From: Candidatus Woesearchaeota archaeon CG1_02_57_44
GTDB taxonomy: Archaea > Nanobdellota > Nanobdellia > Woesearchaeales > CG1-02-57-44
Assembly (NCBI GenBank): GCA_001871415.1
Contig: MNWW01000006.1
Coordinates: 1-55,134 of the forward strand
Length of the DNA stretch: 55,134 nucleotides
Reading direction: 5' to 3'
The translations under genes and the position numbers were made by a program. The notes beneath the pieces are model-generated. The model saw nothing but the letters and a program-made list of their open reading frames with translations, was not told the DNA's origin and did not search any database. This document shows, piece by piece, positions 35,535 through 45,302 of this stretch (position 1 is its first letter; each line of letters begins with the position of its first letter).

Positions 35535-36710
35535 ATGGGTCTTCTTTCACGCGCACAGGAGATACGCAGCTCCCAGGAGCAGACGAGCGCGCCTGCACCC
35601 GCAGTGACAAAGGCCAAAATACCGCATGCGCGCGCAAAGGCACGCTCCGGGGTGACAAGCGAAAAGAGACCTGCTTTAGCCAAGGACAAGAAAAGACAGG
35701 CAAACAGACCCGAACGTGCCCAGAAAAAATCGAAAGCAAAGAACGTGCAGCCAACCCCGACCAGGAGTTCCAAGAAACAGCAACCTGCCGCGATCGCCAA
35801 CACGCACCAGGTCATCAGAGAGCATTTTGAGCAACGCATCAGCCGGCAGGAGCACCCCCGTGTGGAGGAACCACACATCAGCATCATTGGTACAAGAATA
35901 CGTGCGCACCGACCACATGGCACACTCAAGCACGCGCAAGCTGGAAACACCAATTTCTCCCTGCTCAAGCAGGAGATAGAGTCAGCCATGAAGGAGCATC
36001 ACAGCCAGGAAGTGCCGAAAGACACGGACAGGGCCGCGAGCGGCATACCCGGACTTGACGGTGTCATGGGCAAAGGATTCTTGCGTGATTCCGTCAATCT
36101 CATCGCTGGCGGGCCTGGCAGCGGCAAGACCATCTTCGCCATGCAATTTTTGCAGCAAGGAGCCTGCAATGGAGAGCCTGGCGTCTACATATCCTTTGAA
36201 CAGACAGAAGAAGAGATACTTGCCGATATGGATGCCTTTGGTTGGGATCTGCCAGGGCTTATCCGCAAGAAAAAACTAAGCATCCTCTCCTACACACCTG
36301 AGCAGGTCGAGCAGGTCATGAAATCCGGCGGTGGCATTGTCCGGGATGTCATCGCAAGCATTGGCGCAAGGTTGGTGGTCATTGACAGCATCACGGCGTT
36401 CAACCTCCTGCATGACCATGAACTCGCCCAGCGCAAGGCATGCATCGGCCTGTTCAGACTGCTCAAGAAGTGGGATTGCACATCCCTGGTCATCGCTGAA
36501 GCAGAAGAGGACCCTGATAGACCCAACAACAAGGTAGAGACGTTCGAGGTCGATGCTGTCATATTCCTCTATAACATCCGCAAGGCTGACATCCGCGAGC
36601 GCGCGCTGGAGATATTCAAGATGCGCGGCAGCAAGCACTCGGCCAAGATATTTCCCATGACCATAAGTGAACACGGCGTCCTTATCTACCCAGACCAGAC
36701 GGTCTTTTGA
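35535..36710 (+). CDS. KaiC-like ATPase with long basic disordered N-terminal extension
   Basis: SGIPGLD, GGPGSGKT, YISFE, VVIDS, KMRGSKH. Confidence 0.9.
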   Translation: MGLLSRAQEIRSSQEQTSAPAPAVTKAKIPHARAKARSGVTSEKRPALAKDKKRQANRPERAQKKSKAKNVQPTPTRSSKKQQPAAIANTHQVIREHFEQRISRQEHPRVEEPHISIIGTRIRAHRPHGTLKHAQAGNTNFSLLKQEIESAMKEHHSQEVPKDTDRAASGIPGLDGVMGKGFLRDSVNLIAGGPGSGKTIFAMQFLQQGACNGEPGVYISFEQTEEEILADMDAFGWDLPGLIRKKKLSILSYTPEQVEQVMKSGGGIVRDVIASIGARLVVIDSITAFNLLHDHELAQRKACIGLFRLLKKWDCTSLVIAEAEEDPDRPNNKVETFEVDAVIFLYNIRKADIRERALEIFKMRGSKHSAKIFPMTISEHGVLIYPDQTVF

Positions 36711-36720
36711 GGTGACCATC

Positions 36721-37584
36721 ATGCAACTCGGAAAAACACTGGACAAGAATCCCATCGTGCTTGGCATGGTCCAGAAAGAATACTACAATGAGACCATCTT
36801 TGAGGCGCTACGCCAGATGAAAGACCGACGCATCTGCTATGTGTCGCTGAACAAGCCAGCAAAGACCCTGCATCACGCGTTCGCGCTGCACAATGTTCCC
36901 ATGGAAAAGATGTTTTTCATCGACACGGTCTCGCAGGGCCTTGGCCAGGACAATGGCGAGGACAATGTGCTCTTCTGCTCGAGTCCCGCGGCGCTGACCG
37001 AGCTAAGCATCGCCATAGGCGAAGCGCTCAAGAGCGGCGCGTTTGACGCGTTGTTCTTTGACTCACTCTCGACACTCAACATCTATGATCTGGGCAGCAG
37101 CGCCGAGCGCTTCACCGGCACGGTCATCACGAAGTTGCAGAGTGGGGATGATCAAGGGCTCTTCACCTGCCTGGAAGATGACCAGGACACCCCACTCATC
37201 AGGACGAGCAGCATGCAGGTGGACAAGGTCGTGCGGTTTCCTGAGCTTTATGGCAGGATCGATAAGAAGCGCAAGAACACGGCACTAGCCCTGCTAGGAG
37301 GCATCGGCATATCCGGAACCCTCATGTTCCTGCATCCTGGCGGCGCTGTAACCGGGTATGTTGTTGGAGGAGGCGTTTCGGGAACCCCTGCCGCGCTCCT
37401 GCTCGGATTTTTCACCTTGCTCGCTGTTACCTTCATGGCCTATCGGGGGACGCTCCTACGACCAGTGGAAAAAGAGCAACTGCTGGCCATGAAGCCAGCC
37501 AAGCATGACAAGAAGAAACTGCGTAGCCAGTATCATGGAAAAATATCTCATTGGCTTGAGAGCCTGGAGTGCGCCATATTCTGA
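36721..37584 (+). CDS. Inactive KaiC/RecA-fold protein with two C-terminal TM helices
   Basis: CYVSLNKP, FFIDTVS, LTELSIAI, FDSLSTL; no Walker A; GAGGTGA SD. Confidence 0.7.
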   Translation: MQLGKTLDKNPIVLGMVQKEYYNETIFEALRQMKDRRICYVSLNKPAKTLHHAFALHNVPMEKMFFIDTVSQGLGQDNGEDNVLFCSSPAALTELSIAIGEALKSGAFDALFFDSLSTLNIYDLGSSAERFTGTVITKLQSGDDQGLFTCLEDDQDTPLIRTSSMQVDKVVRFPELYGRIDKKRKNTALALLGGIGISGTLMFLHPGGAVTGYVVGGGVSGTPAALLLGFFTLLAVTFMAYRGTLLRPVEKEQLLAMKPAKHDKKKLRSQYHGKISHWLESLECAIF

Positions 37585-37629
37585 CCTTCCACTGAAACAT
37601 TTTAATACTCAGGAGGATTGCTCGCTGCT

Positions 37630-38100
37630 ATGGCAGATACAACACAAATCCAAGGCGTCATCATCAAGAAGCTGGTCAAACATTGCGACGACAGAGGATT
37701 TCTCATGGAGCTGCTACGCGAGCAGGACACGTTCTTCGCTGAAATCAAGCAGACAACCTATACGGAATCGTACCCTGATGTCATCAAGGCGTTCCACTAC
37801 CACAAACAGCAGGATGACCTCTGGTTCGTGGCCAAAGGCATGGCGCAAGTGGTCATGCATGATCTGCGCAAGGGCTCCGCCACCAATGGCGTCACGCAGG
37901 TCGTGTACGCAGGAGAAGACAATCCGGTCCTGCTGTTCATCCCACGAGGCGTCGCCCATGGCTATCGCGTCCTTGGCAATGAACGCGTCGGCATCCTGTA
38001 TCATACCACGGCAGCTTATGACCCTGGCAGTCCTGATGAGCACCGCATCGCGCACGACGACCCTGCCATAGGGTTTGACTGGCATACCAAGAACCGGTGA
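37630..38100 (+). CDS. rmlC: dTDP-4-dehydrorhamnose 3,5-epimerase family (cupin)
   Basis: DDRGFLME, KAFHYH, DLRKGS, IPRGVAHGY. Confidence 0.9.
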   Translation: MADTTQIQGVIIKKLVKHCDDRGFLMELLREQDTFFAEIKQTTYTESYPDVIKAFHYHKQQDDLWFVAKGMAQVVMHDLRKGSATNGVTQVVYAGEDNPVLLFIPRGVAHGYRVLGNERVGILYHTTAAYDPGSPDEHRIAHDDPAIGFDWHTKNR

Positions 38101-38104
38101 GCGC

Positions 38105-39094
38105 ATGAGACTGCTTGTCACGGGCGGCTGCGGGTTCATCGGCAGCAACTTCATTTTGCGCATGCTCTCACTGCATGATGATTGGACAATAGTCAATCTG
38201 GACATTCTAACATACGCTGGCAATGAAGAAAATCTCGCCGCGGTTTCTGGCGATCCACGATATACGTTTATCCGTGGCGACATCTGCGACGCTGCGGTCG
38301 TGGACGCGTTGATGACGGATTGCGACGCTGTCGTACACTTCGCTGCGGAATCCCATGTCGACCGCAGCATCCTCGCGCCAGCGGCGTTTGTCCGCGCGAA
38401 TGTCCTTGGGACGCAGGTGCTTCTGGACGCCGCGGTCAGGTATAATGTCCGGTTCCATCACATCAGCACCGACGAGGTCTTCGGCGCGCTTGGAAAAGAA
38501 GGAACATTCTCCGAGCAGACACCCTATGCGCCAAGGTCCCCTTACGCAGCATCGAAAGCCGCGGCGGACCATCTTGTCAGAGCCTACATCCATACCTACG
38601 GCCTGAAGGCCACCATCAGCAACTGCTCGAACAATTATGGCCCTTACCAGTTCCCTGAGAAGCTCATACCATTGGCTGTGACCAATCTGATAGACGGCAA
38701 GAAGATCCCTGTCTATGGCAAGGGCGAGAACATCAGGGACTGGGTGCATGTGGATGACCATAATGACGCAGTCGCGCTGGTATTGACGCGCGGCCGGATC
38801 GGAGAGACGTACTGCATCGGCGGTGACACTGAGCTACGTAACATCGATGTGGCGCGGGCGATATGCACCGCGTTCGATAAGGGCGATGAATCGTTCACGT
38901 TCGTCACCGACCGCAAAGGCCATGATTTCCGGTACGCCATCGACTTCTCCAAGATACAGAAGGAATTAGGGTGGACGCCTGCGCACGACTTTGCCGCGGG
39001 ACTGGCTGAAACGATATCATGGTATCGCTCCCATGAGAAATGGTGGCGCAAGCTGCAGGGACGTGTGATTGCCGACGTGACCGAGAAGGAATAG
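38105..39094 (+). CDS. rmlB: dTDP-glucose 4,6-dehydratase
   Basis: TGGCGFIGSNF, AAESHVDRSI, STDEV, YAASK, SNNYGPYQFPEKLIP. Confidence 0.96.
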   Translation: MRLLVTGGCGFIGSNFILRMLSLHDDWTIVNLDILTYAGNEENLAAVSGDPRYTFIRGDICDAAVVDALMTDCDAVVHFAAESHVDRSILAPAAFVRANVLGTQVLLDAAVRYNVRFHHISTDEVFGALGKEGTFSEQTPYAPRSPYAASKAAADHLVRAYIHTYGLKATISNCSNNYGPYQFPEKLIPLAVTNLIDGKKIPVYGKGENIRDWVHVDDHNDAVALVLTRGRIGETYCIGGDTELRNIDVARAICTAFDKGDESFTFVTDRKGHDFRYAIDFSKIQKELGWTPAHDFAAGLAETISWYRSHEKWWRKLQGRVIADVTEKE

Positions 39095-39217
39095 TATATC
39101 TCCATCTTAGCCCTGCATGGTATGTGATAGGCAACCTGATATGTTATGCGATAGCACGGTCTGTAACTTTTTCGTAATCTTTAACAATGATTGCGCATTC
39201 TACCAGCAGGAAACCAC

Positions 39218-39688
39218 ATGGCAGATGAACAACCAGCAACCGACGCGGCCGTGAAGGTCGCGAAGAACAGCACTGTATCCGTCGAATACACCGGCACGCT
39301 CGCTGATGGCAGTATCTTTGACGCGTCCTCGGAGCATGGCAAGCCGCTCACCTTCGTCGCCGGGGCCGGACAGGTCGTCCCTGGCTTTGATGACGCGGTC
39401 ATGGGCATGAAGCAAGGTGAAGAGAAGACGTTCACGATATCAGCCGGTGACGCGTATGGCGAGCGCACGGAAGAGCTGGTGCAGAAGATCCCCCGGCAGC
39501 AGTTGCCCCAGGGCATGGAACCCGCCGCGGGGATGATGCTCACGCTGCAGACACCGGAAGGCCAGCAGATACCGGCCACTGTGTCTGCAGTCGATACCGA
39601 AGCCATCACGCTGGACCTGAACCATCCGCTCGCCGGCAAGGAGCTCACGTTCGCGATAAAGGTGGTGAAGATAGAACCTGGGGGCTGA
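39218..39688 (+). CDS. FKBP-type peptidyl-prolyl cis-trans isomerase (SlyD-like)
   Basis: YTGTLADGSIFD, AYGER, DLNHPLAGKELTF. Confidence 0.94.
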   Translation: MADEQPATDAAVKVAKNSTVSVEYTGTLADGSIFDASSEHGKPLTFVAGAGQVVPGFDDAVMGMKQGEEKTFTISAGDAYGERTEELVQKIPRQQLPQGMEPAAGMMLTLQTPEGQQIPATVSAVDTEAITLDLNHPLAGKELTFAIKVVKIEPGG

Positions 39689-39818
39689 ATAGGACGCGCT
39701 CGAACGCAATCAGGACTGTGTCGGACGTACGGACGGGTCTGACAATTTTTCTCTCTCTTCCTGCGCTTATATCATGTGTGCCTCATGCAGCACATATCAA
39801 GCATGCGTCATGCAGCAA

Positions 39819-40664
39819 TCACTTCTTTTGCGGCCACATGGCGAAGACGAACAGGTGTTCCCAAGTGGAAAGGACAATCTCGAAGACCGCGAGCAGGATA
39901 CAGGCGATCGTGATGATGACCGGATTCGCGGAGACCATAGCGCCTGCCAACGCAGGACGCTGCACCTGACGCGCGATGAGCGCGATGCCTATCACAAAGA
40001 GCCACGTCAGCAAGGTGTGCTTGAAGTGCAGCTTGCCGAAATTCGCGCCGATACGGACACTCTTCTCCGCGCGCTGCCAGGCGCCAATGCCCATGACTTT
40101 GCCGAGCTCATCACCACGGAACAGAAGAGCAGCGTAGGCGAACAGCATGCGCCAGACGACCAGCAGTATCCAGTAGGAGAAGAGCAGGACCAGGAACAGG
40201 ATGGCGACACTTTGGGCCACCATATCGATCAGGAGAGGATTGGCAATCGTGTAGAAGAGCGCGAACAATGGCAGGCCTATCAAGAAATAATAGAGGATGC
40301 TGATGTCCAGGACCTCCATGAAATACTGACGGCCATACGTCCAGCCGTTCCTCAGGGAGACCTTGCGGCCTTTGAGCGCGTCCTTGTACATGCCAAAGGC
40401 CATGGCAGAGAAGTAGGAGAGGACGGAGACTTCCGCCACCAGGTAGAACCAGAACAAGGGGCTTCCCAACAGGATCTGCCATACTCCGCGCAGACCCACG
40501 GACCAGGAGAAGAGCATTAGCATTTCCAGGATGCGCAATCGCGCGATGAGCACGAGCAGCAGCAAGACTGACGCTGCCAGGGACAATGCTTTTGGAACCA
40601 GGAGCAATGGCTCTTTTTCCAGCAGATGCCAGGTCTTCGCGATGCCTTTGATATAGCGTGCCAT
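39819..40664 (-). CDS. Hypothetical multi-pass membrane protein
   Basis: ~6 hydrophobic segments; start at ATG 40664 downstream of a TTTATAA TATA. Confidence 0.7.
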   Translation of the reverse strand: MARYIKGIAKTWHLLEKEPLLLVPKALSLAASVLLLLVLIARLRILEMLMLFSWSVGLRGVWQILLGSPLFWFYLVAEVSVLSYFSAMAFGMYKDALKGRKVSLRNGWTYGRQYFMEVLDISILYYFLIGLPLFALFYTIANPLLIDMVAQSVAILFLVLLFSYWILLVVWRMLFAYAALLFRGDELGKVMGIGAWQRAEKSVRIGANFGKLHFKHTLLTWLFVIGIALIARQVQRPALAGAMVSANPVIITIACILLAVFEIVLSTWEHLFVFAMWPQKK

Positions 40665-40779
40665 GCCACTATCTGCAACACCGGGGGTTATAAAGGTTTC
40701 GTGATGGAAAAGGGACGAACTATGCAGAGCACCAACCATTGCCGAAACCATTAATAACCATGCTGCCGGATATGCGACC

Positions 40780-41844
40780 ATGGAACCCAGGCAGGTCCTC
40801 GCGCTGCTGCGCCAGCATGGCCGCAACACCATCAGCTTCCAGACCCTCATGCCGGGCCTCCGCTATTTTCAGTCACATGAATCAGGCTACATCGCCTACG
40901 TCCATGACAAGCACGTCTGGCTCGCGGTGGGCGATCCTGTCTGCGCACCGCAAGACCGCATGCTCCTCGCGCATCATTTCAGGAAGGCGGCGCACGTGGC
41001 CAAGGCAGATTGCTGCTTCCTGCACACGTCCCAAGAGATGCGCGACATCTTCGACCTCATGGCCTTTGGCACCATCAAGATAGGTGAAGAAGGCATCATC
41101 AATGTTCCGGAGTTCTCCACGTCAGGCAACCGCATGGATGATGTACGTTATGGATGCAATCATGCGGCCAAATCAGGCGTGTCTGTCAAACAAGTAGGTG
41201 ATGAAGCAGACCTGCTCGCGGGCATCACTGCATTGACCAGGCAATGGAGCAAGATGCATAAGGTCAATCACTTCAGCTTCCTTTTAAGCATGAATCCGCT
41301 CCTGTACGCAGAGGAGAAACGCATCTTCGTCGCGCTCCATGATAGCAAGGTCGTCGGATATCTCACCGGCGTTCCTATCTACCAGCGCAATGGCCTGTAT
41401 TTCGAGGACATCATCGTGAGCAAGGACGCGCCCAATGGCACAGGCAAACTACTGGTCGTCAATGCCATCGAGGCATTGCAGCAGCAAGGAGTAGCCATCG
41501 CAACGCTCGGCGCGAGCCCTCTGGCCAACATCACACCCGACGACAACCAGGATTATCCTCTGGCCAACAAGGCCCTCGCATTGCTGCGCGAGCATGGCAA
41601 CACGTTCTACAACTACAAGAGCCTCACGTACTTCAAGCAATCCTTCCAGCCCCACTCCTATGAGCCCCACTACTTCTGCTTCTATCCGCCACGGCTCAAG
41701 CGACGCATGATACAGGCGGTCATCAAGGCTTACAGCCCTGGCGGCATACCTCGGCTGGTGCTCAGCAGAATCAGCAAGGAGCTGAGGGCGCTGCGGCTGC
41801 GGACTCAGCGCGCCAAAGGACCACGTATCGCGCGCAGCAAATAA
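40780..41844 (+). CDS. DUF2156 / aminoacyl-phosphatidylglycerol synthase (MprF C-terminal-like) domain protein
   Basis: AVGDPV, KIGEEG, APNG, LGASPLA, FYNYKSLTYFKQSFQP; no flippase domain. Confidence 0.82.
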   Translation: MEPRQVLALLRQHGRNTISFQTLMPGLRYFQSHESGYIAYVHDKHVWLAVGDPVCAPQDRMLLAHHFRKAAHVAKADCCFLHTSQEMRDIFDLMAFGTIKIGEEGIINVPEFSTSGNRMDDVRYGCNHAAKSGVSVKQVGDEADLLAGITALTRQWSKMHKVNHFSFLLSMNPLLYAEEKRIFVALHDSKVVGYLTGVPIYQRNGLYFEDIIVSKDAPNGTGKLLVVNAIEALQQQGVAIATLGASPLANITPDDNQDYPLANKALALLREHGNTFYNYKSLTYFKQSFQPHSYEPHYFCFYPPRLKRRMIQAVIKAYSPGGIPRLVLSRISKELRALRLRTQRAKGPRIARSK

Positions 41845-42569
41845 GGCAACCCTATCACCATCATCAGTATGCTCGCCCACTGACCCATCTGCAGCCCCAA
41901 CAGCCATGTGGGGTCGTCTCGCCAATAATCCGTTATGAGGCGAAACAGACCGTAGAGGAAGAAGAACAGCCAGAAGGTGACGCCCGGCTTGTCAAAACGA
42001 TAGCGCTTCCAGACCGGAAGGATGATGAGGTAGAGCAGGAAGAGGATGGCCGCCTGATACAACTGGTAGGGATGCCTGCACCCCGCATAGCCAGGAAAGA
42101 TGACGCACCAGGGCACGTTCGCCACTTTTCCCACGAGCTCGGCATTGATGAAGTTCGCGACGCGACCAAGGCTCAATGACAGGGCGGTAGCGATCAGCAC
42201 GACTTCACTGGCATGATAGATATTGATGCGGTATTTTCTACTGTAGATGATGGCAACCAACATGGCACCTATGAACGCGCCATGAAACGACATGCCCCCG
42301 TGCCAGATGTAGAAAAGCTCCCATGGATGCAGGAACTGCGCCGGCTGGTTGAACAGGAAATAACCGATCCTTCCACCCGCGATGATGCCGACGACGAGCC
42401 AGGAATACCCCCACTCGATGGACTCGCGCGTCATGTTGGGCATCTTCGCGCGTATCGCGAGCCAGTACGCGTACAGGAACCCGAACAGGTAGACAAGCCC
42501 GTACCAGCGGATGGCGAGCGGGCCTATCTGGAGCGCGATGGGATTGAACGTGTGAATGTAGGGCATCAT
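41805..42569 (-). CDS. lgt: Prolipoprotein diacylglyceryl transferase
   Basis: IRWYG, GGRIGY, GGMSFHG, GRVANFINAELVG, RHPYQLY, YGLFR. Confidence 0.92.
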   Translation of the reverse strand: MMPYIHTFNPIALQIGPLAIRWYGLVYLFGFLYAYWLAIRAKMPNMTRESIEWGYSWLVVGIIAGGRIGYFLFNQPAQFLHPWELFYIWHGGMSFHGAFIGAMLVAIIYSRKYRINIYHASEVVLIATALSLSLGRVANFINAELVGKVANVPWCVIFPGYAGCRHPYQLYQAAILFLLYLIILPVWKRYRFDKPGVTFWLFFFLYGLFRLITDYWRDDPTWLLGLQMGQWASILMMVIGLPYLLRAIRGPLAR

Positions 42570-42818
42570 AGAAGGGGGAGCCCGGGGGAATAAAAAGGTT
42601 TGGTTATAATCCATAGCTCGGACCGGACATCCACAAGTCTTATTTAGCGAACTTCAATCGGTTTGCTGATGGAAGCGCTCCCGTTCAGCGGCCAGTCAGC
42701 CCACATATTACCAGAAGGACGCGGGCGTCGTAGGAATGGCCGAGCAACCGGTTCGTCCAGGAATCCTGGGCGCAATGGACGCGAAAGCGTATTAAAGTTC
42801 GGGTGATTATCGTTGACC

Positions 42819-43286
42819 ATGGATGTCAAGGACTATCTGCAGGCGCACGGCATCGCGTTTAGCAGCTTCACGCACCCGCCTGTTTATACCTGTGAGGAAG
42901 CGAATACATACAACCAGGACATCAGGGGCGTGCATTGCAAGAACCTGCTGCTCAAGGACAGGAAATCGCGTGCATTCTTTCTTGTCATCCTTCCTGCTGA
43001 TCAACAGGCGAGTATGGACTCGCTCGGTGATACCCTCAAGACCAAGCTGAAGTTCGCCAATGAGCAGGATCTGCAGGACAAGCTGGGGGTCGATGCGGGA
43101 TCCGTGACCCCGTTCGCCCTGCTCAATGATACGGAACATAAGGTGATACTGGTCATAGACCCACAAGTATGGAACGCTGATTATGTGAGCTTCCATCCAA
43201 ATGTGAACACGGAGACGCTCGAGCTGCAGGGGAGGGCGTTCCAGCAGTATGTGAAGTCATTGGAGAACACGCTTATCACCCTATGA
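42819..43286 (+). CDS. YbaK/ProX aminoacyl-tRNA editing domain protein
   Basis: HPPVYT, KNLLLKD, GSVTPFAL, FHPNVNT. Confidence 0.9.
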   Translation: MDVKDYLQAHGIAFSSFTHPPVYTCEEANTYNQDIRGVHCKNLLLKDRKSRAFFLVILPADQQASMDSLGDTLKTKLKFANEQDLQDKLGVDAGSVTPFALLNDTEHKVILVIDPQVWNADYVSFHPNVNTETLELQGRAFQQYVKSLENTLITL

Positions 43287-43368
43287 GATAACCTGTCTGC
43301 ATCCTCGGAAAGCCACAGGTCAGCGCTGCCGCTGCCCAACAGGGAAAAAGAAACAAGGTATCAGGTAT

Positions 43369-43557
43369 CTACTTCATCTCAGTATAGCCACACTTACCGC
43401 AGGACATGCGGTTGCTGTGCGTGGCCATGAAGATTGCAGGCCCGCACTTCGGGCAGGAGCGCGGCTTGGTCACCTTGCCGCCTTCCACTTTGTAGACCTT
43501 ATACGCAGAGTAGGATGATTTCTTCTTCTTTGGAGCAGCTTTCTTGTCTTGTGCCAT
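43369..43557 (-). CDS. rps27ae: 30S ribosomal protein eS31 (S27ae)
   Basis: CPKCGPAIFMATH..RMSCGKCGYTE. Confidence 0.95.
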   Translation of the reverse strand: MAQDKKAAPKKKKSSYSAYKVYKVEGGKVTKPRSCPKCGPAIFMATHSNRMSCGKCGYTEMK

Positions 43558-43562
43558 GGCAA

Positions 43563-44009
43563 TCACTCGTTCTTGGACTCAGTTTCTGGTTTGGCCTCGT
43601 CGGCCTTCTTTGCTTCAGGAGCAGGCTTCGCTTCAGGAGCGGGTTTGCTGTCAGCTTTCTTTTCTTCAGCAGGTTTCTGGTCAGCTGCTTTCTCTTCCTT
43701 GGATTCAGCAGGCTTTTTCTCGGACTTCGCGTCCTCGAGCGCTATACCATTGCGCTTGAGCATATGCATAGGCTCCGCGATTCGCATTGCCTTCAGGTCA
43801 GGATATGCGCGACCCTGTACCGCAAGGTACGGCTGACCGTATTGCTTCTCGATGCTGATCACGAGCACATGCTTTTCCTTGGACTCTTTTATCAGATGCT
43901 CGCGCACGTCCTTTCGCTTTGGAAAAACACCAGTAAACGAGAGTATCGCCTTTATGTCCTTTCGGCCATACAGAGCATTATCCTTAACATCAATAGATTG
44001 CGTATTCAT
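43563..44009 (-). CDS. rps24e: 30S ribosomal protein eS24 with acidic/Pro-Ala tail
   Basis: KDNALYGRKDI...PKRKDVR...QYG; conserved synteny. Confidence 0.82.
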   Translation of the reverse strand: MNTQSIDVKDNALYGRKDIKAILSFTGVFPKRKDVREHLIKESKEKHVLVISIEKQYGQPYLAVQGRAYPDLKAMRIAEPMHMLKRNGIALEDAKSEKKPAESKEEKAADQKPAEEKKADSKPAPEAKPAPEAKKADEAKPETESKNE

Positions 44010-44011
44010 GT

Positions 44012-44194
44012 CTAGCGCACCTTTATCGCATATTCGCCCCTCTTCTCAAATCCCATCTCCTTGGCGATGCGGGACTTGTCAGGATCGACGACAAACACGC
44101 GACCCTGCCAATTGGAGCTGTACTCAGAAGTATTAGTATCGACCTTCTCCTTGTCGACAAACATCTTGGTTTTCTTGTTGACGAATCGTGCCAT
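44012..44194 (-). CDS. spt4: Transcription elongation factor Spt4 (RpoE''), Cys-free variant
   Basis: SSNWQGRVFVVDPDKSRIAKEMG...GEYAIKVR; directly downstream of rpoE'. Confidence 0.88.
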   Translation of the reverse strand: MARFVNKKTKMFVDKEKVDTNTSEYSSNWQGRVFVVDPDKSRIAKEMGFEKRGEYAIKVR

Positions 44195-44203
44195 GGTGAG
44201 ACC

Positions 44204-44755
44204 TTACTTTTCTTTTTCCTTCTGCCCTTCTTCCTCAACCCAGTCCAGGCGGCCCAGGCCAGGCTGACGCATGGTAAGACCAAACTTCGGGTTGGTGATA
44301 TCCTTGTAGGAGATCGCGATAATCCTTGCCATGCACTGATCGCCCACTTTCAGGGACTTCTTGGATTCCTTGCCGCTGAGAACCTTTTCCTTGGCAAAAC
44401 TGACATAGTCATCCATGGTCTGACTGATGTGGATCATACCATCAATAGGACCAATGGTCATGAACGCGCCAAAGTCAGCGATATCACGGATGGTGCCAAA
44501 GACCAACTCTTTCATCTCTGGCTTGAAGGAAACAACATCAAAGGTAGTCTCATAGTAAGCCGCCCCATCGCCTGGGATGATGATACCCTGACCGATGTCG
44601 CCGACAGCTAAAACGTCAATAACAATACCCAGTTCCTCGGAAATCAGCCCCTCAAACTTCCTCTTGAGCTCCTTGAGGATGGCCTCAGATAAATCGTACT
44701 TGAACATATCTGGAGGCACCCGAACATGCTCTTTCAGCTGGATTTTGTAGAACAT
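44204..44755 (-). CDS. rpoE1: DNA-directed RNA polymerase subunit E' (Rpo7)
   Basis: VRVPP, IIPGDGAAY, FGAFMTIGPIDGMIHISQ, GLTMRQPGLG. Confidence 0.96.
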   Translation of the reverse strand: MFYKIQLKEHVRVPPDMFKYDLSEAILKELKRKFEGLISEELGIVIDVLAVGDIGQGIIIPGDGAAYYETTFDVVSFKPEMKELVFGTIRDIADFGAFMTIGPIDGMIHISQTMDDYVSFAKEKVLSGKESKKSLKVGDQCMARIIAISYKDITNPKFGLTMRQPGLGRLDWVEEEGQKEKEK

Positions 44756-44851
44756 TGATAGTCTGGAAATGGCAGTCCCTTTAAAAGGTTTGCGGAGATG
44801 TGGTTCACGAGTGAGAATCGTCCCTGACCCCTTATATGGACCATTCAGTCG

Positions 44852-45247
44852 CTACAGGACTTCCAGAACCTGTTTCTTGCGCATGCAGACAGTCTTAATG
44901 CCCCTTGCCCGCGCGCGCCTGCGGAGCTCAGCGTCAGCGCTAGCGAGCAGCATGCTCCCGGAGCTGTCCGCTCCTTGCTCAGCTGCGACCTCGATAAGCG
45001 CGTCATCGACTCGTAGATTGGAACCTGCTTTGAGCAGCACCAGGCCTTTCGCTTTTGCCAGCTGCAGACCGAGCTTCGCGTTCTTGGCCTCACGGCTGTT
45101 GCCGGTCGCAAGGCCTTCCAGCTCCCGGATGCACGCGTCAAGCGTCACCTTCTCGCAAGGACCCAGCAGCTTGTCAAGCTGAGTGAAGATATCAAGGTTC
45201 ATACGACCAGGCAACATGAGGAAACTGGTGTCGATGAGCACGCGCAT
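44852..45247 (-). CDS. PIN domain protein (Fcf1/Utp24-like)
   Basis: LIDTSFL, IRELEGL, VDDALI, SADAELRRR; conserved position upstream of rpoE'. Confidence 0.88.
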   Translation of the reverse strand: MRVLIDTSFLMLPGRMNLDIFTQLDKLLGPCEKVTLDACIRELEGLATGNSREAKNAKLGLQLAKAKGLVLLKAGSNLRVDDALIEVAAEQGADSSGSMLLASADAELRRRARARGIKTVCMRKKQVLEVL

Positions 45248-45302
45248 AAGGGAATAGAAAGCGCGACGGGTTTAATTAGTTTGCCCGGACAAGCAAAAGG
45301 GC

